A stretch of DNA of 64,000 bases from assembly GCF_046119375.1 (NCBI RefSeq), contig NW_027362767.1, positions 238,080,001 through 238,144,000 on the forward strand, given 5' to 3'. Made by a program: the position numbers and the translations under genes. Each line of letters begins with the position of its first letter. The stretch's first letter is position 1. The notes beneath the pieces were generated by a model. The model worked only from the letters and a program-made list of their open reading frames with translations. It ran no database searches and was not told the DNA's origin. This document shows, piece by piece, positions 11,401 through 20,583 of the stretch. The stretch is from Phyllobates terribilis (lineage: Eukaryota).

Positions 11401-12556
11401 GTTCTTGGTTGTCGTCCCCGTCAAGGACTTAACGGCTCAAACAGCAGCTAGAGCCTTCCAGCAGCACTTCTGCCGTCCACATGGCTACCCAGAGCAGGTG
11501 CTGACGGACCAGGGACCTGCCTTTGAAGCGGAGGTCTTCCAAGAGTTCTGTACTCTGTATGGCTGCTGGAAGATCAGGACGACACCCTATCATCCGCAAA
11601 CTAATGGACTTTGTGAGAAAATGAACCAGGTGGTGATAGATCTTCTAAAAACATTGCCCCTGGAAGAACGCAGTCTGTGGCCTGAGAAGCTGCCCGACCT
11701 GGTGGACCTATACAACTACATCCCTGTAGGTTCCACCAACTGTACCCCGGCTTACCTAATGAGGGCAAGACCCGGTAAGCTACCTGTTGACCTGGAGATG
11801 GGAGTCCTGACACCCGAGGACACTTCACCGGAAGCAGACTGGGACACAGAGAGGCAGCAGCAGTACCGGAAAGTACAGGAGAGCGTGGAGCGAAGTCTCT
11901 GTCTAGCTAGGGAAAGACAAGAGAAAACTTACAACCAGTATGCTCCCGCTGTTCCCTTGGTACCCGGAGAGCAGGTCTTGAAGAGGAAAAGACGGCTCCA
12001 CAAGTTGGACGACCAGTGGGAGAAGGACCCGTACATCGTACTGCCCTCAAGCCACGACAACCCGAAGGTCTGTACCATCAGTAAAGACGGAGGGGAAACC
12101 ACAACCATTGTATCCCGGGATCACCTGAAGAAGTGTCCCGAACAGCTACGGAATCCTGAAGAGGAACAAGAAGACCCTCGACCCGTAGAGGAAAGGGAAG
12201 ATGTGGTTAGTACTGTGCTCGGAGACTTCCCTCGGTCCTGGACTCAAGTCAATGGTGCAGTTGTGGTACCCGTCCTCACGTTCCTCCAACCAGCATCCCA
12301 AGTACTCACGGAGCAACCAGTAGAGCTGGAAGAACAGCCGGTCCAGGAGGCAGAAGACTCCACACAAGCAGATCAGGAGGATCAACCCTCTGCTTATAGT
12401 GAGCCTGCCATACCCCTAGTGAGCCAAAGAGCCTGTAGACAGCTGCCCAGTTCACCCTTGACAGCTCCTACACCCTGTAGTTCAGGGCCAGACAGTCAGC
12501 TCCGTAGGTCCACTAGGGCCACTAAAGGCCAGCTACCCGCACGTTGGAGAATTTGA
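8300..12556 (+). CDS. pol: Gypsy Pol polyprotein (protease, dUTPase-like insert, RT, RNase H, integrase), probably entered by -1 frameshift at 8420-8426
   Basis: Uninterrupted 1418-codon frame. LLDTGS at 8561, YLDD at 9920, YTDAS at 10391, HHCC zinc finger at about 11130-11250, and the D-D-E core of integrase. No chromodomain is evident. Confidence 0.97.
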   Translation: MAPTKEDPTGQRKTQRPIQRGRTTYLPPLQSTRTYGKVLSFKLAQPRVEGQPLGKRSSGPSNWRDKYVGGRPVLPVVLDGIPMSALLDTGSQVTTIPYVLFKQYWNDSDITRYPDDDLSIIASNGQPVPQIGFKEVTIKIGRVELAAQGLIIVDIDKRESHPKITLGTNVIENCLAEVIFILQQVAKNASSGQQRVLQKEIRALMRRQQVELSGGEIGSVRMCDPFPIAMPPKSEMMIWCRAAIGLRGRDYQAMVEPVYSDSRPTILTARGVVNVRHGRVPVRIINIGKREVYLPRYATLAKLYTINQNSIQSVEPLPPSSPEEGNGSKQQMEDWCQQLHLGTDSTPSHQKQGVYRVVQEYERVFSKHPLDFGRVKEVEHHIPTGDHPPIKERYRPVPPAHYQHAKGMLRDMKEAGVIRESCSPWAAPLVLVKKKDNTMRMCVDYRKINRITHKDAYPLPRIEESLAALKSANFFSTLDLTSGYWQVPVAEADREKTAFTTPMGLSEFTCMPFGLCNAPGTFQRLMECCLGHRNFETVLLYLDDVIVYSKTYEDHLKHLAEVFEALASYGLKVKPSKCHLLKPKVQYLGHVVSADGVAPDPDKITAIKEWPSPSSVKEVRQFLGLVGYYRRFIPGFTKKAAPMQDLLIGQSRKAKNQKPPFRWEKLEEESFRQLKMALTGDEILAYPDYSQPFILYTDASNIGLGAVLSQIQQGKERVIAYASRKLRPTERNPENYSSFKLEFLAVVWAVTERFKHYLASSRFTVYTDNNPLTHLDTARLGALEQRWMARLSNYEFTIKYRAGRSNTNADALSRMPNLPDEGEDSEDLEEVELPAFHRHGTIQYSHRVRGKQAATFNPLPHYNWAETQDSDPAVRLVKEMLTQPEARLDPDAPEEAKQLWVEKSRLFLYKGKLCRRMVNSRTHELIWQVVVPRRDAAMVMEAYHDGAGHFGWKKLEFLLRGRFHWVGMRGTIERWCRDCGPCNLRRKDRASQKTPLQSIVTRQPLELVALDHVKLTPSRSGYVYALTIVDHYSRFLVVVPVKDLTAQTAARAFQQHFCRPHGYPEQVLTDQGPAFEAEVFQEFCTLYGCWKIRTTPYHPQTNGLCEKMNQVVIDLLKTLPLEERSLWPEKLPDLVDLYNYIPVGSTNCTPAYLMRARPGKLPVDLEMGVLTPEDTSPEADWDTERQQQYRKVQESVERSLCLARERQEKTYNQYAPAVPLVPGEQVLKRKRRLHKLDDQWEKDPYIVLPSSHDNPKVCTISKDGGETTTIVSRDHLKKCPEQLRNPEEEQEDPRPVEEREDVVSTVLGDFPRSWTQVNGAVVVPVLTFLQPASQVLTEQPVELEEQPVQEAEDSTQADQEDQPSAYSEPAIPLVSQRACRQLPSSPLTAPTPCSSGPDSQLRRSTRATKGQLPARWRI
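8420..8478 (+). promoter_or_regulatory. -1 programmed ribosomal frameshift signal (slippery heptamer plus H-type pseudoknot)
   Basis: T TTA AAC in gag phase. Stem 1 CCTAGGG(8435-8441)/CCCTAGG(8454-8460). Stem 2 GGGCC(8446-8450)/GGCCC(8474-8478). Confidence 0.8.
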
Positions 12557-12909
12557 AGTGTTTAAATTGTTTTATTTGTGGTCACCTGTCTGTTACTTGT
12601 AAATAATTATGTGTTTCTAGTTATTTTTAGGAGTCCTTGGTGGATTTACCGGGAATCCTTGTACAATTGGTTGGAGCGTAACTTAGGAATGGACTAAAGA
12701 CTGTTAAGGACTCGGGGCAGGACAGACCCCTACCTGGTTACGTCTCCCTGTTTTGGTGAAATGGACACCTTGCTTTTCTTCAAAAACTGCACCCGGTTGC
12801 GGACACGCCGTGACCATTCTAATATGTTTTTTTTTCTATTGTACCGTTTCTGTTTGTATTGGTTATGTTTTTCTAAAATATGTTTAGTCCCGGAGTACTA
12901 AATTTCACT

Positions 12910-12918
12910 AGGGGGGAA
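12910..12918 (+). promoter_or_regulatory. Polypurine tract
   Basis: AGGGGGGAA immediately before the 3' LTR. Confidence 0.9.
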
Positions 12919-13910
12919 TGTGGCACCCCAGGGGTCTGGTTTCCACAGTAACAGCAGTGTTATGTCTGAGAGCAGGTGGGAGGTCTCTTGGTCAGGAATC
13001 CTATGCATGCCACACCTCCTGCCCGGTCCTGGGAGGGGAAGGACTTCCCCTATATAAACCTGGGGCTGAGGCAGGGTTAAAGAAGAAGAGTAGAGAGAAG
13101 AAGAGAAGCAGTGATAGGAAAGAAAGATCAGGAGCTCTGTGGGAGTCGTGCTAAGAGGAGATCAGGGCTGGAAGCTGTAGAGCTCGCCCTGATTGAAGAT
13201 TTCTTACCGGACCCGGAGTCCGAGGCTGTGGGGACTAACTCCTACCCAGCAGCAGAAACCGACCGGCAGGGGATTTCAGGTCCTCTGGCCCAGAAACCCG
13301 AAGGCTCGGTCACACGTGTGGGACCAGCACCGCCGTCGTGGAGCGGAAGCTACTAGAAGGCCCCGAGTCACCGGCCATACGGGTGAGCACCACACGGTAC
13401 ACTCAGGGACGTGGGCTACCTTTACCCGCCTCTAGCAAGGTAGCCAGAAGAGTACAATTAGTTGGGGAGGCCTACAACTCCGCCTGGCCAAGGGGGATCC
13501 CATCTGCTCAAGGACTGACCAGGCCCCGACCGCTAGCCAGTACTCCGGGAGGGTCTATCTTTGTCACCAGTAAAGACCCTGAACTACACCGTATCGTCTC
13601 TGAGTGATTCCTGCTACCCCCATCATCCACGTCGGCTGCCCTGAGGCCATACCCCTCCCGTTGGTGGTTATACCATCCACGCTGCACCATCCTCCCACCG
13701 GCCTCAGCGGTTTGCCCTGCAGCGGCAGCTCCATAGCTGCATTCAACGGGTGGCGTAGTCGTTCTACATCTACTGCTAATATACCGCCACTTAGTCTGAC
13801 TCCCTGGGCACGGACCGGGTCACCGCCACGAGACTACTACCCCTATCAGATCCGGCTCCGGGTAGTCCCTGCGTGCGCAACGCTGCATCACATAGGCCCA
13901 GGGCGCGTCA
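12919..13910 (+). repeat. 3' LTR
   Basis: Direct repeat of 6031-7022, followed by TSD CACT. Confidence 0.97.
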
Positions 13911-14429
13911 CACTTGTTTGCAGCTGGCATTGTATGGGCACTGATTGGATAGTAGCTACTTTCTAGGTACTTTGAAGTCTTGTCTCAATTGACGGTGAGA
14001 GATGATGGCGTAATTGTGTGCACCCATAGAATATGACGATGTATTCATTATTTCACCATAGTGTGGGAACAATCTTTAAAGTTCAGTTCAATAAGAACAG
14101 TATGAGGCCCGGATTCTCGTAAGATAAACTGTAACCAACTTGTGACCTGGCCTTACACAATAAAAAAAAGTGAATTCTGTTTGTTGATTTTTTGTGTCAA
14201 TGAAGAATTCTGCCTTTCATCACTATAGAGAAGATAAGTGCTATCACTGCGATCTCCACCAGACAAGGCAAGCAGATGGGAATTGACATTTCAAACACTT
14301 CTGTCTTTCCTCACTATAGAAAAAGTCTACAGAACAATCCGATTTGTGAGCCTGGACTTCTGATATACATGGGAGGCCTGCCAGACCCATTTAGGAATTT
14401 GCCCACATCATCTTCTACCTCCCATTTAA

Positions 14430-14845
14430 AGGGTTAATCCCAAAAAGACAAGTTATCTCCTATTCTTAGGGTAGGGGATAACTTGCTGATCACGGGGAGT
14501 CTGATCCCTGAGAACCCCAGCGATCCCGAGATCAGGGTTCTGGAACTCCAAGAACGGAACAGTCCTGAATGGAGTAGAGGTGCATGTACTCGGCCTTCAC
14601 TCCATTCATTGTCAATGGGATTGATGGAGAAAGCAGAGTGCATACTGCTTTCTCTGACAGTCCATTAGACAATGATTTGAGCGGAGGTCAAGCATGCAAA
14701 CCTCTGCTCCATTCAGGACAGGGCTGCAGAGCACGGATCATGGGATCACTGGGGTTCCCAGAGGTCAGACCCCCATCGATTGGCAAGTTATCCCCTCTCC
14801 TTTGGATAGGGAATAACTTGTTTTTGGGGGGGGGAAACACAAACA
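14430..14845. mobile_element. Kolobok/T2-type foldback MITE (right end decayed)
   Basis: TTAA-AGGG start. Two subterminal hairpins CAAGTTAT...ATAACTTG and a central palindrome. Confidence 0.5.
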
Positions 14846-15292
14846 CTTTGAGCTTTTCCAATCCATCCTTAATTCTGCAGCCCAGTTAATCTACTTTTCT
14901 CCTCTACCAAACAATATTCTATCTACCCAGTGCCCAATGCCAACATGGCCATCCAGAACCTCTTCCCTCCATACATTTTTTATTTAATTTTCAACTACCT
15001 AATTCAGTTCTTATAACTGCATGAGACATCAACTCTATAGAGAAACCACCACAGATGACGTTTTGCATTCTGAGTAGAGTTAGTGTGAATCATTTTGCAT
15101 GACCCGGTCCATCGGCAACATCAGTAATCTGTGTCATTGAACGGGAGCCTTCAAAACAACCTCCTACCTCCCAGCAACCATGGCACTTCTTTTAATTAGC
15201 CGGCCTGGTGCGATGTTACATGTGTGCAACATGCAGCAATCATGACGTCGTACTAGGCTTGCGATGGACATGGCCGATGTACGGGGTCATGT

Positions 15293-15814
15293 TGTCACGA
15301 TTCCTCCTATCTGAGTGTCTGGACTCAGTGAATGACAGTTCTGCTGTCCAGTCTAGGACTGGGGTGTGCTGAGCTGTCAGTATGGTGATGGACAGCTCAG
15401 TCGTCCTATCGGCTGTCAGTGTCTGGAGTGACAGATTAGCCATCCAATCAGGACCAGGGTGTGCCAGGACTTCATCCATCTGTCTCTTGTCCAGAGTAAT
15501 TACCTGGCTATTTAACCTGCTCTCTGCCTTTTATTGCTGCCAATTGTAGCTTTGATAATGAGGTGTGTGCTTGCTCTGTGTGCCTGGTCTGGTATTCTAA
15601 TCTTTACTGCTAGACCTAAGATTTGTTTTGACCATCCGTTTGCCTAGCCCTTTTGTCGTGATCCAATACCTCCTTGGAATATTGACCTTGGACTATTTCC
15701 TGACTACGCCTTCGTTTCACCCCTCTGTCTATGACGTACTCTCTTGGCTTTTGACCTCGGACCTATTGACCACCCAGCCTCGTGGCTTGTCCGCGAGTAG
15801 TGACTAGTGTCACA
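15293..15814 (+). mobile_element. Possible solo LTR
   Basis: TGTCACGA...GTGTCACA ends, a TATTTAA box and a T-rich 3' half. No TSD confirmed. Confidence 0.35.
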
Positions 15815-16603
15815 CACGCAAATCGATTTGCACCAATTCTTTTTCTTAGGCCACGTTCAGTATTTGATCAGTATTTTACATCAGTATTTGGAAGCCAAAA
15901 TGAGGAGTAGAACAATCAGACGTAAAGTATAATAGAAACACGTCACCACTACTGTATTTATCACCCACTCCTGGTTTTGCCTTCCAAACACTGATGTAAA
16001 ATACTGATAGTATGTAGCTGAGGAAATTCTGCGCGTTTTTTTTTTGTGCGTATTTGCCATGCGTTTTTTCCAATGCATTGTATAGGAAAAACGCAGGCAA
16101 ATCCGCACAAAGAACGGACATGCTGCTTCTTTTTCCGCACATGAAATCCTGTCAGGAAAATTCCTGATCATGTGCAGAGATCTTCCAAAACCCCATAGAA
16201 ATGCTGGGATAAGGTTTGCAATGTGTTTTTGGGGCCAAATCCTCGTGTATTTGCCGCAGCAAAAACGCATAAACGCACCATGTGCACAAACCCTTAGAGG
16301 CAGTGGCGTACCGCCAATGGCGGCAGGCCACGCAACTGCTATGGGGCCCGTGAGCCGGGGGGGCCCGATAGCAGTCGCCCCCCCACTCCGCTGTTTGATT
16401 GCCACCGCCACTGTGTTCAGACATGGCCATGCGCTGTGCGGCTGTGTCTGGTAGTAATGACGGCAGGGGAGACACTGCGCCTTTAATTGTGCTTGTGTCG
16501 CCCCTGCCGCGTCATTATTACCAGACACAGCCGCACAGCGCGCGGCCATGTCTAAAAACAGTGTCGGCGGGCGGCGTCAATCAAATAGCGGAGCGAAGGT
16601 GCA

Positions 16604-16920
16604 GGAGGGGGGCCCTGTTGAAGGGAGGCACCAATGGAGGGGGGGTCACTGTTGAAGAGAGACCCTGTGGGGTCCCTGTTGAAGGGAAACCCCGTGGGGG
16701 GTCCTTGATGAAGGGAGACCCCGCGGGGGTCCTTGATGAAAGGAGGCCCGGGGGGGGTTCCTTGATGAAGGGAGGCCCGGGGGGCGGGGGTCCTTCATGA
16801 AGGGAGGCCCCGGGGGGGGGGTCCTTGATGAAGGGAGGCCCCATGGGGGCCCTGTTCAAGGAAAATCCCGTGGGGGCCTTGATGAAGGGAGGCCTCGAGG
16901 GGGGGGGGGCCCTGATGAAG
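16604..16920. repeat. G-rich degenerate tandem repeat (about 29-30 bp unit)
   Basis: About 11 copies of GAAGGGAGGCCCNGGGGGGGGTCCTTGAT. Confidence 0.85.
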
Positions 16921-17159
16921 TGTCGGCAATTAAGCAGCGCCAGCGGAGCAGAGGGTGCAGGAGGGGGGACCCGATTAAGAGCTGGCAATCAAACACCGCC
17001 GGAGATCATCCCTGTGGACATGCTGGGGGAGCTGTCTGGGCCCCGACGGCGAGTGGGCCCCTCTGATGGTCCAGACAAGGGGCAGGTAAGTGAGGCTTGC
17101 CACCAGATTCCCTAGTCCCCATATTAAATATATTTCTAATGTGTATTGTGTGTATGTCA

Positions 17160-17160
<1 letters not shown>

Positions 17161-17197
<37 letters not shown>

Positions 17198-17222
17198 GTA
17201 TATGTATATATATATATGTGTG
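17161..17222. repeat. (TG)n(TA)n compound microsatellite
   Basis: Directly visible. Confidence 0.95.
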
Positions 17223-17803
17223 TTTTTAAGAATGTGTTCAAATATGTACGTATCTGTGTATGTGCTTGTCTGCATATGTATGTGTGCATATTTGTTTACC
17301 ATCTGCATGTCTGCGTACCGTGTGCATGCATGTCTGCTTGCTGTGTGCATGTACGTGCATGTCTGCATATGTGAAGGATGAGGGGGCATCCTTTGCCCTG
17401 TGTTGTATACCTACATTTCCCCGCTGTATCTGTGCATCATGAATGCTGTATGTATTAAAGGGGCCACTGAGACTCTTTCGCCCGGGGCCCACGAAAACCT
17501 GGAGCCGGCCTTGGTTGAAAGCAATGATGGAGGAGGGATAGTCATATGACACTCTCTCTCTCATCATTCCTCCTCTACTTCTGACGCAGTGGGGTGATGA
17601 CGCTCCACGCTCTGTCAGACAGTGGAGCTGACAGCTGCTGAGGTGATGACAGAGACGCGCTGCAGAGACTGAAGCAGCCGGGAACGAGGAGCGGTAAGTA
17701 TGTATTTATTTATTTTTGTAAATCAGTGAGTACTGATAATACTGGAGGACTGGGGCTGCATTTTACCCTATGGTGGGGGCTGTCTTTTACCCTATGGGGG
17801 GCT

Positions 17804-18431
17804 GCATTATACTGCATACAGAACCATGGGGAGTTCATTATACTGTGTGGAGGACCATGGGGAGCGCATTATACTGTGTGAAGGACCATGGGGAGCGCAT
17901 TATACTGTATGGAGGACCATGGGGAGCGCATTATACTGTGTGGAGGACCATGGGGAGTGCATTATACTGTGTGGAGGACCATGGAGTGCATTATACTGTG
18001 TGCAGGACCATGGGGAGTGCATTATACTGTGTGCAGGACCATGGGGAGTGCATTATACTGTGTGGAGGACCATGGGGAGTGCATTATACTGCGTGGAGGA
18101 CCATGGCAAGTGCGTTATACTGCGTGGAGGACCATGGCAAGTGCGTTATACTGCGTGGAGGACCATGGCGAGTGCGTTATACTGCGTGGAGGACCATGGC
18201 GAGTGCGTTATACTGCGTGGAGGACCATGGCGAGTGCGTTATACTGCGTGGAGGACCATGGCGAGTGCATTATACTGCGTGGAGGACCATGGCGAGTGCA
18301 TTATACTGCGTGGAGGACCATGGCGAGTGCATTATACTGCGTGGAGGACCATGGCGAGTCCATTATACTGCGTGGAGGACCATGGCGAGTGCATTATACT
18401 GCGTGGAGGACCATGGCGAGTGCATTATACT
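17804..18431. repeat. 31-bp minisatellite, about 20 copies
   Basis: Unit GGAGGACCATGG(G/C)GAGTGC(A/G)TTATACTG(T/C)GT. Translations cycle every 31 aa. Confidence 0.95.
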
Positions 18432-19357
18432 CAGTGGAGTGTGGAGAGGTGTGGGGGTCATTATACTGTATGTAGGCCCACTATACTGCATGGAAGGCTG
18501 TGTGGGGGTCACAGTTGGGGGATTATACTGTGTTGGGGTCACCATACTTTGCCCTGGGAGTTGAGGTGGGGTACAGTAGGCAGGGCTGTGGAGTCAGTAA
18601 GCCAAACCTCCGACTCCTCAATTTCCATGACACAGACTCCAACTGCGACTCCCTCATACATGGCTCATGTTTAAGTGATACATTTATTGTAGCACAGATT
18701 CATCTCCGCTAAAAATCTAGACCCTTAGATCAGGAATAGGACAGACATTTATAGGACATTTCATAACTTTCCCAAATTCTTATGAAAAAAATATTCCCCC
18801 ACAAACTGCATTGAACGACTGTACCCAATTTATTAATTGCTATGCAAAGGCTGGAAAGTTGTGAGATCTGCTCTTCTGTGCCCCCAACAATTATTTACAT
18901 TTTTCTTTTGTGGGGGGGGCCCAATTAGAACTTCTGCTATGGGGCCCATGATTCCTATGTACGCCCCTGCTTAGAGGGGTATCATGTATCGACATTAGCA
19001 TAAGAAAATTGGGGTAGCTTCCCATAGCAACGAATCAGGTTTCAACGCTCATTTATTAGTGGTCAAAAACTGCTACCAGAAGGGCTGCTGGGGGCAACTG
19101 CACCATTTTGTCCCCCTTTCACTAGTTTTTGCTAAGCTCCCAATAATAAAATACAAAAAAAAAAACAGTAACTGTAGATTTCTTTTAGAGGGTTGCAGAG
19201 AATGTAGTACATAAAATTAATTAACTGTATTTTGAAGCCTCTGCACTGTTTAATAAAGTTTGTTGAAAAGAATCAAAATGCTGCGATCAAATGCTTCCAA
19301 GCAGTGTGTTGTTGATAAAGTTTGTTGAAAAAAAAAAAAGCACGTTGTTTGCAGGAC

Positions 19358-19696
19358 CCGGAAGTAGTTTAGTCCTGGTGCAGCAGCACATGGAGAGCAG
19401 CTACGGTGGGTGCAGCCGCCGATCACACTTCTAGGGGGTCTCCAGGAGAATCCCGGGGTGCATGTAATGAAAGGCTCATGGAAAGAGGCGCTGTGTTTCT
19501 AAAGTATTATACAGTAGATAGCCCTGGTTTGGAGATATAATGGCCGAACTACAAATCCCAGCATGCTGTAGGAAAAGCTAATAGGATAACAATCCAGTGC
19601 ATTGAATTGATTCCCCTCCACAGAGCAGAAAGCTGAGGACAGCAGTCTACTACCTGGGGCTCACCAGCACTTGTGGGACTACAACTCCCAGCATGC
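19358..19696 (+). promoter_or_regulatory. RBM34 promoter region: ETS site and two ZNF143/Staf motifs
   Basis: CCGGAAGT at 19358-19365. ACTACAAATCCCAGCATGC at 19548-19566 and ACTACAACTCCCAGCATGC at 19678-19696. Confidence 0.6.
19366..19405 (+). other. RBM34: Putative first (5' UTR) exon of RBM34; start approximate
   Basis: Follows the ETS motif and ends at a GTGGGT donor (19406). The next acceptor is a polypyrimidine tract plus CAG at 20451-20453. Confidence 0.4.
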
Positions 19697-20518
19697 ATGT
19701 TGTAGTTTACAGACACCATACAGGAGGTTGTCTCATGAGGACTTCACCTGTGCTATTAGGAAATGTGCACATTATTCAGGGTTGGGGGTGGGGGGTGCTG
19801 CTTTTTAGATCTTAAAGGGGTGGTCCGCTGCCTCTCACTTCCGCAGCAGAGGGGCGCTCTGCTGTTACAACCCCCTCCTCCCTGCCAATTTTGCATAGGT
19901 CTCAGCAGGTGTGTAGTAACGTCATCAGCACCGCTGCTGAGGTCAGTGGTGCCGGACATCCCCTGACTTCACATGGTTGTCACATATTCCTTGTCGGAAA
20001 ATTTCCAGGCCGGTCACAGCTTTCCTTGCAAAATCAGATTCGTGTCGAGGGTCTCGGGAATGGAGGATTACGTTTTTAAATATTCTTAAAGGAGTCGACT
20101 TTGAAAAAAATCCTGATCAAATGATACTTTTGATCGGTTACCCAATCTTTTGAGTTTCCCCCTCCCCCCACATGATTTACCAACATTTTTATCATGCCTA
20201 TGTGCTATTGTGGCAGAACAGGGACAGTCCTCCTTCGCTGGGAGGCTTGTGACAAGTTTTGCGGGCTGGGGCCAGAACTGTGTGGAGTAAGAGTAGGATG
20301 CTGCTGTCCAGGGTCCAAACATGAGGCCACAGACATTGTATCAGATCAGCATCTCTTGTAACAATTGCGCTTGTATTTTTATTGAGATATATTCACATAA
20401 TTATAATTTTTTTTATTTACTTTTTTTTTTTTTTCCCCTTTGATGTCTATCAGAATCCAGCACCTTTTACTATTTGAGGCTTCATACACATCTGTTCTAA
20501 AAAAAAATAAATAAAAAA

Positions 20519-20583
20519 ATGAAGATGGAAGGATTGAAAAAGAAACCTAAGAAGGAGAAAAAGAAGAGACACGCTAAGGCAAT
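20519..20583 (+). CDS. RBM34: RBM34 coding exon 1 ([12 protein letters not shown]...)
   Basis: ATG at 20519, donor GTGAGT at 20584, phase 2. Confidence 0.8.

Larger units (their letters stand above)
6031..13910 (+). mobile_element. Full-length Ty3/Gypsy LTR retrotransposon
   Basis: Two 992-bp TG...CA LTRs, 4-bp TSD CACT (6027-6030 and 13911-13914), tRNA-Ser PBS, PPT, gag and pol in PR-RT-RH-IN order. Confidence 0.98.
16301..18969. mobile_element. Non-autonomous composite hAT element
   Basis: TIR CAGTGGCGTAC / GTACGCCCCTG. Perfect 8-bp TSD CTTAGAGG (16293-16300 and 18970-18977). Internal hairpin, G-rich repeat, microsatellite and 31-bp minisatellite. No transposase. Confidence 0.88.

Noticed and set aside
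12146-12556. Chromodomain or env at the end of pol
   Set aside because: The C-terminus is acidic and Pro/Ser-rich with no aromatic-cage pattern, and the 360 bp before the PPT holds no ORF.
15881-16549. 222-aa minus-strand ORF
   Set aside because: Spans a Harbinger-like foldback MITE and the GC-rich start of the hAT element. No domain.
16399-17115. Gly/Pro-rich, collagen-looking ORFs
   Set aside because: Derived from a G-run repeat inside a hAT element. No sustained Gly-X-Y periodicity.
17770-18674. 264-, 282- and 195-aa ORFs
   Set aside because: Three frames of the same 31-bp tandem repeat.
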